From positions 372,001 to 436,000 of the forward strand of contig OZ251225.1 in assembly GCA_965240325.2 (NCBI GenBank): DNA of 64,000 nt, written 5' to 3'. How positions within the stretch are numbered: position 1 is the first letter of the stretch; each line of letters starts with the position of its first letter. This DNA comes from Rebecca billardiae RCC1528. Taxonomy: Eukaryota; Protista; Haptophyta. Of this stretch, positions 56,572-64,000 are shown piece by piece. The notes under the pieces are model-generated. The model was not told the origin of the DNA. It ran no database searches and worked only from the letters and a program-made list of their open reading frames with translations. The position numbers and the translations under genes were made by a program.

Positions 56572-58429
56572 GCTTGACGACGGTGCCCGTGCACCAGCGG
56601 CCGTCGCCGTCGACGTCGAGCACGTTCACGCGCAGGCCGAGCTCGCGGACGCGGTACCGCCACACCGGCCGCGCGCGCACCTGCCAGCCCTCGCCCGCGA
56701 GCATGCAGCAGCCCTCGTCGTCAAACGCGCTGGCGTGCTCGGCCAGCGAGCCGCCGTCGCGCAGGCTGTCGGCGAGCTGCAGCCGGTGGCTCAGCTCGAG
56801 GCGGTCGAGCAGTGCGTCCGAGTGCTCGCGGCTGCGCACCTCGCTCGCGTCGAACGCCGAGCGCTTCTCGTCGCACTTGACGTCCTCGCGCGCGCACCAC
56901 TGCCACGGCGAGCCGTCGCGCGCGGCCGCGGCGCCGTCCGCCGCGGAGGCGACGGCTCCGGCCGCGCTCGGCGCGGAGCCGGCCGCGGGAGCGCTCGGCC
57001 ACTGGATCGGCTCGAGCACCTTGCGCGGCACAAAGCGCGGCTGAGCGTCGCGCTCGAACGGCTCGAGCTGCTTGCGCGCGCGCGCGAGCTCCTCCCGGTC
57101 CTTGATCTCGGAGAGCTTGAGCCTGTCCTGCTCGGCGCGCAGCGCCTGGCTCGCCTTGGCGACGCGCGCGTCCTCCTCGCGCCTCGCGTCGATCTCGGCG
57201 CCCGTGTGCGGCCGCTCGGCGTGCGTCCACACGACGCCCAGGCGGCTGCCGTGCTCCTCCACGGCGCGCACCTCGCCGCGCACGCGCGTGATCGTCGCCC
57301 CCTTCACCCGCGGCAGCAGCGCCCCGGGCAGCCCCCGCGCCTCCAGCCACGCCGCACTCGGCCCGTCCACGTAAACGGCGTCGCCCTCAAAGTGCGCGAT
57401 GCGCAGGACGCCCGCGGGCACGCTGCCCGCGCCGCCACCGGCCGCGCCGGCGGCGGGGGGCGCGGGCGCGGCGCGCTCGGCGTCGGCGCCGGGCTCGGCG
57501 CCCGACGACTCCGCGCCGCCGCCCTCCCCGCCCGCCGCGCGCGGCAGCAGCAGCCGCACCTCCTCAGTGCGCAGCCTGTCGAGCTGCCTGCCCTCGAGCT
57601 CGGCAAACTCGGCGCCCTCCCACGAGAAGGCCGGGTCGAGCGCGCGCACCAGCTCGGCGCGCGCGCCGGCAAAGCGGCGCTGCTGCGTGACCCACTCGAG
57701 GTGCTCCCTGTTCACGTCGAGGGGCGCGCTCGCCAGGTAGTGCCACAGCCGGCTCACCTGCACGCCCGCAGAGAGCTCGGGCAAACCGTCGAACGGCGGC
57801 AGGGGCGGCCGGTGCGCGCTCGGCTTGCGCGCGGGCGCGAGCATCGTCCGGCTGCGCATGCGCTCGAGAGCCGAGGGGCGTCGCGCCGGCGGCTCGCTCG
57901 GCGCAGCAGGGGCTGGGGCTGCGAGAGCCGAGGGGCGTCGCGCCGGCGGCTCGCTCGGGGCAGCCGGGGCTGGCGCTGCGGCCGGCGCGGCGATGGCGCC
58001 GACGCCCGCCCCACCCGTGTCCGTCGTGCTGGAGGTGCGCGAACGCGCGCGAGGCTGCTGCATGCTCGGCGGCGCATTCGGCTCGCACTGCTCAGGCTCG
58101 GGCGCGGCGGGCGCAACGCCGCCGCCAGCCGCATCCATGTCAGTCGAGCTACGCGTACGCGTGTACGGCGCGGACGCCGCCGCGACAGCGCTGGCCGTCG
58201 CGCCACTGGCGAGCGCGCCCCCTTGATCAGCGCCCGCGGACGGGGGTCGCTCGCGCTCACCGTTGGCTGGCGGCGTGTCGCCGACTGGCGCGCCACAGCG
58301 CCTGACGCCTTGGGATTCGTCGGGCGATGGCGACGACTCAGGCGAGGTGAGGTCGGTGAACGCACCCGCCCTGCCTTTCGGCGCCGGCGCGCCCTGCGCG
58401 TCCGCCGGTTTGGACGCGCAGCACCCCAT
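49910..58429 (-). CDS. Giant NLR-like protein: predicted acylated N-terminus, SH3/Tudor-like barrels, NACHT with inserted RelA/SpoT-like nucleotidyltransferase domain, RI-type LRRs
   Basis: 2839-aa single ORF starting MGCC; Walker A AGPGTGKT (55538-55561); Walker B LIVLVDGIDE; IATSRP; PLKDPVRVFEK, DVVRCRV, KNF, HYRR and EVQL; HD1 ICSVPVLLSI; WHD FQFKHLSFQE; many LxxNxxLTxLxL...IGDxGAxALA LRRs. Confidence 0.9.
57866..57979. repeat. 57-bp tandem duplication within the NLR N-terminus (APAPAAPSEPPARRPSAL x2)
   Basis: Two adjacent near-identical units. Confidence 0.85.
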
Positions 58430-59072
58430 CGCTGTCGTCCAAGCGAGCGCGTCCTCGCTCGCGTTTTGGCGATGAGGAGCCCCAAATTCGCATTCGCATA
58501 CGTATTCATTTCCGTACGTACGTACTGACGTTACGTCGCAGCTAGGCTGAATCCCGCCGTTACTACTACGATAGTCACAGTAGTTACACGATCAAGAATA
58601 CGTCGTAGCTTACGGCTACGCAGTTACCTCGTCTTCACTGCTCTATTCAGTGCTAAGTGTTACCGTCACGTAGACGGCCCGGCATAATGCATCCAATCCG
58701 ATCAGTTTGAGCAGCATTACTATTGTCGAATGTCCGTGTTATCGTCGTCTGACCATGTCGTGATGTAATTGTAATAAGCTGTAACGTATGATTATACGAC
58801 GTTTCAACGGTAAACTCACCTGGGAGTACTGTCACTGTCAGTCAGCACGGTAATTCACTGCTCTGACATCAATTGACTGAAATTGATGAATGCAGACAAT
58901 TATCACACTGATCATATATATATATATATATATTTAATAATTATACTATAGTTCGACAAACTACTACGTAGTAGTAACTAGCAGCACTGCTAAGGCTGCG
59001 CCCGCGTCGCGCAGGCCAAAGTAGCCCCGAGCAGACATTATAAATCACATACATAATTGAACGGCCTTGGAT

Positions 59073-62000
59073 TCATGCGCTGCGCCGCAACGGGACGCCG
59101 GCGCTCGTACTCTCCTGCTCCGGATCGAAGTACGGATCATCGTCGGCGGACTCCGCCGTCGACTGATCCTCCTCGTGCGGCAGCATGAAGCACGAGAGCG
59201 TGCGCGGCCGCGCGCGCAGCAAGTCGTCTTCACCCTGGTAGTCCTCGAGCGAGTCGCCCGCAAACGTATGGAAGCGCACGCGGCGCCTGGTGCCTGCGTC
59301 GAGCGGCGGCGCCGTGCCGGCTGGCGGGACAGCGAGCTGGTTGTCCGCGGGCAGCAGAAGGGTGCCCGCTGACGGCACCGACGACAGCTTGGCGCCATGG
59401 CCACAGCTCGACCGCCGCAAGCCGGACCATGGCGCCGAAGTGTTCGGCGCCGGAGCCGCCGGGGTCGGTGCCAGCGCCGCCTGGGTGGGTGCCGCCACGA
59501 CCGAGGTCGGCGCCGCCGCAGCCGGCGCCTCGGCCGCCGCCGGCGCACCGCCTGTCGCTGGCGGTGCCGAGCTGCTCGCAATCGTATCGACGGGCAGCAG
59601 GCAGCTCTCGAGCACGCGCAGCACCTCCTTCACGCCCGCCTCGTCCTTGTCCATGCTGATGTCGAGGCCTGCGCCGTCAAACTCGTCGCGCTCGGGCGAG
59701 CCGCGCGGGTCGCCCGTCATGCCGATGATCATGCCGCTGAAGCCGGCCTCGCGCAGCTTGCGAGTCGCGATGATGCCTGTCGTGCGCGGCATCTGCGCGG
59801 CAGCGCCGACGACGGGGGTAGGGGCCGCGCCGAGCGCGAGGGCGGCGCGCGTCCAGCGGTGAGCGAGGCGCGCGGCGGCGCTCGGCGGAGGCGCGACCGC
59901 GGGATGCGCGGCGCGATGATCGGCGCGCCAGCCCGCGCCTCCTCTCCCCGCACGGCCCCGCCCCGGCTGAGCGCGCGCAGCACGCACCTGGTTGTCCATC
60001 ACGATGATGTCGTACTGCTCGCCGTTGTCGACGATGCGCTCGACCGCCTCGCGCCCGTCCCACGCCTGCTCGTACGGCGCGCCCACGCGCTCGAACACGC
60101 GCTTGACGAAGCTCTTCTGCAGGATGCGGTCGTCGTCCACGTACAGGCAGCGGAAGCCAGGCGGGAAGTCGTACCCCTCGAGCTGCGGGCGGCGCTTGAC
60201 CACCTTCTTCGCGGCGGGCGGTCTGGGCGGGCCGGCGGGCGCCGCCGGGGCCGCCGCCGGGGTCGCCGCGGCGACGGGCTCGCTCGCCGCAGGTGCGGGC
60301 GGAGCACCCGCCGCGAGCAGCACGGCAGACGCCTCGGAGCCGAGCGAGGTCAGCACGCAGGGCTCCGTGGTGGTCGCCGAAGGGGGCAGGTGGCCTGGGT
60401 ACGGCGGTGCGCCCACTGACTCCGTGCTGGCGGTGGCCGACCGCCGATCGAGCGGCAGACTAGCCGACGAGGCCGACGGCTCGACAGCGGGCGCCGAGCC
60501 CCTCATGTCACCTGCGTGGGAGTGGCGCCCGTTTCCGGCCGACAACGCGGCGCCCCAGCTGCGCTGCAGCCCGGCCTGGCTGCGCGCGAGCGTCTGCGTG
60601 CGCGCGCGCGCGCGCGCCGCGGCGAGCCGGGAGTGCAGCACGGGCGTGTAGCCGGTCGTTGCCGCCTGCTCGCCGCCGCCCTCGCCTGGCGCATCCTCGC
60701 GCGAGTGCCACAGCCGGAGCCGCAGCTCGAAGGTTGTGCCGAGCCCCGGCCCGGGCGAGCGCACGTGCAGCTCCGAGCCGTCATGCAGCTGCAGCAGCTG
60801 GCGCGTGATCGTGAGGCCGAGGCCCGTGCCGCCGGCACCCTGCAGCTGGCCCTGCCCCACCTGCGAGAAGGCCTCGCCCTTGTGCAGCACGGACAGCTCC
60901 TCGACGCTCATGCCGATCCCGGTGTCCACGACAGACACGGACAGCGCGGCTTGCGCCGCGTCCGCGGCCGGGTGGCGCGCGCACGGGTTGGAGGATGGCT
61001 GCACGGACTCGATGCGCAAGTTCATCGCACGCGCTCGCAGCGTGATCGTGCCCCCGCGCTCGCTGAACTTGAGCTGCGCGCGGCCGGAGGGCGAGCGGCG
61101 ACGTGCGCAGGGAGCCGCGAGCGCACTCAGTCAGTGCGCGGCTCGAGCCAACGGCCAGCCGGCCAGCCGGGGCGCGCGCGAGCGCTTTGCGCGCGGCCGG
61201 GGCGCGACAGAGCGCGCGTGGGACGGCGGGCGAGCACGCGGGGCGCGTACCGCGTTGGACACGCCGTTGTTCACGCACTGCTGCAGCCGCCGCGCGTCTG
61301 CCACAAACATCTGCGTGATCAGCTCGGGCGGCAACGGCTCGACATGCAGATTGACGCCCTTGCTCTCCGCCAGCCCCATGAACGTCGTGCACGCGTCGTC
61401 GAGCAGCTGCCCGATGTAGAAGGGCGCGGGAACGAGCACGAGGCGCCCGCTGTCGATGCGCTCGACTGCGCGGCGCGAGCGTCACGCGGGGGCGCGGATG
61501 CGCCCGGGCGCGACGGACGCGTCCCGCCGTCCGCAGGTCAGACGCAGCCGCACCGCGCGATCACGCGCCGTGCGGCCGCGGGGGCGTGGCGCTGCGCGGC
61601 GGGGCTGGGCGGAGCGCGCACAGTCGAGCATGTCCGAGATGATGTGCTGCATGAGCATGGACATCTTGCCGAGCGCGTCCACCGAGTCGCACACCTCGCT
61701 GCTGGAGAGCTCCGTCGTGCCGTCCAGGTCGCGCAGCGTGTTGACAATGTTTGAGACGGCGAGCAGCGGCGAGCGCAGGTCGTGCATCACGATGCGGATG
61801 AGCCGCGAGCGCGCCTGCTTCGCCGCGAGGGCGCTCTGCAGCTGAAGCTGCTTCGTCGCCTCGCTCGCCTTCAGCTCGTCCTGCGCGCGCTGCGTGCGCT
61901 CCGTCTCGCTCATCAGCTGCGCGACGGCGCGCGAGATCTGGCGCTGGAAGTGAAACTGCGTGCGCTGCGACGCAATGTGCGAGAGCCTGCCGAGCATCAG

Positions 62001-62840
62001 GCCGACGACGATGAGCACGAAGATGGCGATGATCTCGAGGGTCTCTCGCGCGATGGTGTGAGCAGCGTGCTCGTGCGCATCCTGCGCATCGCGCGCGGCG
62101 CCGAGCTCGCTGCTGTACTGCCAGCCCACCAGGACCAGCTGCTGCAGCCCGATGGAGCCGCAGACTGCGCACGTGGCGATGGCCTGCAGCGGCAGGATCA
62201 TCGTGGCGAAGACCGGCACGGCCAGGACGTGCAGGAGGATGTCGTACCGTGCGACCGCGCGTGTCGCCGCCTGGAGCCTGCTGTTGAGTGCACCAACGTC
62301 GTCACTGTCACTGTCGTCGGCACGGAAGACGACGACAAAGCACGCGGCTAACGCGAGCAGGAGCGCGACCGTGGTCAGCTCGACGATCGCGTTGGACAGA
62401 CGCAGCTGCGCGGTGGCGGCGCCCATGGCAGCCATGGCAACGGAGGCAACCATCGCACCGACGGCCGTCCAAAGCGCGAAGCCTGACGTCGAGCCCTCTT
62501 CTCGGGAGGTGCTCACTACGCGCGTGATGATCACGACTGCGAAGAGGAGCGCGTACAGAAAGCCGGTGACCACCAGGCGGCGCGGGTACTGCGTGAGGAT
62601 CTCGCCTGCGAAGGCTTGCTCCTGCTCCTTGTCGGCGAATGTGAGCACGCGCGTGAAGCGCGGTGGCTCGACCCTGTCGCGGAAGCTCACAGCAGCAGAC
62701 TCCGAGCCGAGCGGATGTGGTGCCGCGTGGCCAGCATTGGCCGGCTCGGGGTCGGCGGCGGCAACAGACGCATCCGCCGATGGATGAACGGTGGCACCCA
62801 TGCGTGGGCGGCTCACGCCACCACGCGGCGTCCCCGTCAT
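59073..62840 (-). CDS. Membrane hybrid histidine kinase (about 6 TM, HisKA, HATPase, receiver); introns 61466-61621, 61074-61250 and 59793-59987
   Basis: MHDLRSPL (H-box), QQCVNNGVSNA|LKF (N-box), VVDTGIGM (G1), GGTGLGL (G2), and receiver YVDDD...MDNQ|MP...IIGMTG...MDK. Confidence 0.92.
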
Positions 62841-63797
62841 CGAGCCTCGCCCGGGTCCTAGTCGTCTACGCGCACGCACCACCGCCCCTTGGTTGCACTC
62901 AGCAGCAGGGCACACCAACTTGCGGTGCTGCGCACCGGGGGCGCGTGATTCGATCGGTTCGTAACTTGGCAACTGGGCATCTGGAAGGCGGAAGCGTTGA
63001 GAGATCTGCAACCATCTGGGTATTGACAACCGGTATTCATGACTGTCGTGACGTTTCGACTTTCGCCCTCAGATTCGTGGATACACGAATCTGAAGGGAT
63101 ACTGTAATTGTTAGACAGAAGGCCTGGGACTATCATTATTTTCAAATGAGGCGGCCCTATGTATCTCCACAGGGGACCGGAGGGACGAGATGTTCTGAAG
63201 GCGCGTAGAATCAGCCACATTTATCATAATAATTATCGGCTGAAGTGGAGATCATATGACGTGATTTGCCGCTGATTTCTGCTCCTTCATCAAACAACTG
63301 CTGCGATACGCATCTTCAACATCAATCCAATGGCGTTCCCGGGATCCTGCCACGTGCACGGAGGCACCCCGCCCACACGCTCCCGCGCCTTTTCCCGTAT
63401 TCAAACGTACCCGCTTCAAATGAAGGAAGCTCGTTGCAATTATTATGATAGGAAGGTGGTTCAATTTGGCGTATGACCAATGCGGGGAACGCCCCTGAGT
63501 TTACCACTGCTTTTACTTGATCCTTCTCACCACAATACCCCCATAAGATTACCACTATAAAATAAAGGCATGATGATTGATGAACGCACAGGAGAAGATC
63601 GCGAATCGGGTATAGGGGTACTGAGCCAATGCTGATGAGATACCGCTGATTATCGATTACTCGAAGCATCAGCATCACTTTTTGTGAGTCCCACCCACCA
63701 ACCGGCGTGTACCGGTAGGGACGGTAACGGTCGCTCGGCCGAAAAAGCGGGGATCATTAACCGAATCAAATCAAATCATCTGCATGGCAGCCAACGC

Positions 63798-64000
63798 ATG
63801 CTCGGGTCGGCCCTCCGACGCGTCGACGAGGGCGAGCCACCCCTTCTCGGGTTGCGGTGGGTCCCCTCCGAGGTGCGCCTCGTGCGCGCCGAGGCTGAGC
63901 CTGGCCACGCCACCTCCCAGCTCGAGCTTGAGGAGCAGCTTCGCGAGGCGCATTCCGCGCTGCGCGTGAAGGACAAGCAGATCCGGTGGCTCAAGGAGCT
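63798..64000 (+). CDS. 5' end of a probable coiled-coil protein (runs off the window)
   Basis: ATG 63798 is open to the window end: ...QLELEEQLREAHSALRVKDKQIRWLKE; host-like codon usage; preceded by an AAATC-rich patch. Confidence 0.55.
   Translation, partial: MLGSALRRVDEGEPPLLGLRWVPSEVRLVRAEAEPGHATSQLELEEQLREAHSALRVKDKQIRWLKE

Noticed and set aside
50471-58528. 2685-aa plus-strand ORF, and similar long ORFs such as 45410-48676(-), 12831-16130(+) and 42963-45227(+)
   Set aside because: Antisense shadows of real genes caused by extreme GC codon bias; R/A-rich translations with no motifs.
1-64000. tRNA, rRNA or prokaryotic operon features
   Set aside because: None recognised by eye; the gene set and spliceosomal introns indicate eukaryotic nuclear DNA.

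Overview
Very GC-rich eukaryotic nuclear DNA with short GT-AG spliceosomal introns. The style fits a GC-rich alga or protist such as a haptophyte, which is inference. About 20 protein genes are supported: DENN protein, UFL1, a CLC channel, GNAT, TLC, a membrane-anchored calpain, 2OG-oxygenase-TPR, CS-domain protein, a TrmN6-like methyltransferase, an M43 metalloprotease, BCD1/ZNHIT6, a sulfotransferase, R2R3-MYB, an STE20 kinase, a Tudor-ankyrin-TRP-like channel, a giant NACHT-LRR protein and a hybrid histidine kinase. The region from 27 to 42.5 kb is rich in transposons: a hAT element with perfect 8-bp TSD, three Helentron/Helitron2-like elements with shared ends but different cargo (one nested in the hAT), and a foldback element with perfect 23-bp TIRs and two large internal palindromes. 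The most striking feature is an intronless 2839-aa NLR-like protein with a predicted acylated N-terminus and a RelA/SpoT-type nucleotidyltransferase domain inserted inside its NACHT module. It lies tail-to-tail with a gene for a likewise acylated Tudor-repeat/ankyrin ion channel, making a candidate eukaryotic sensor/second-messenger/channel defence module. All calls were made by eye from motifs; no searches were run.
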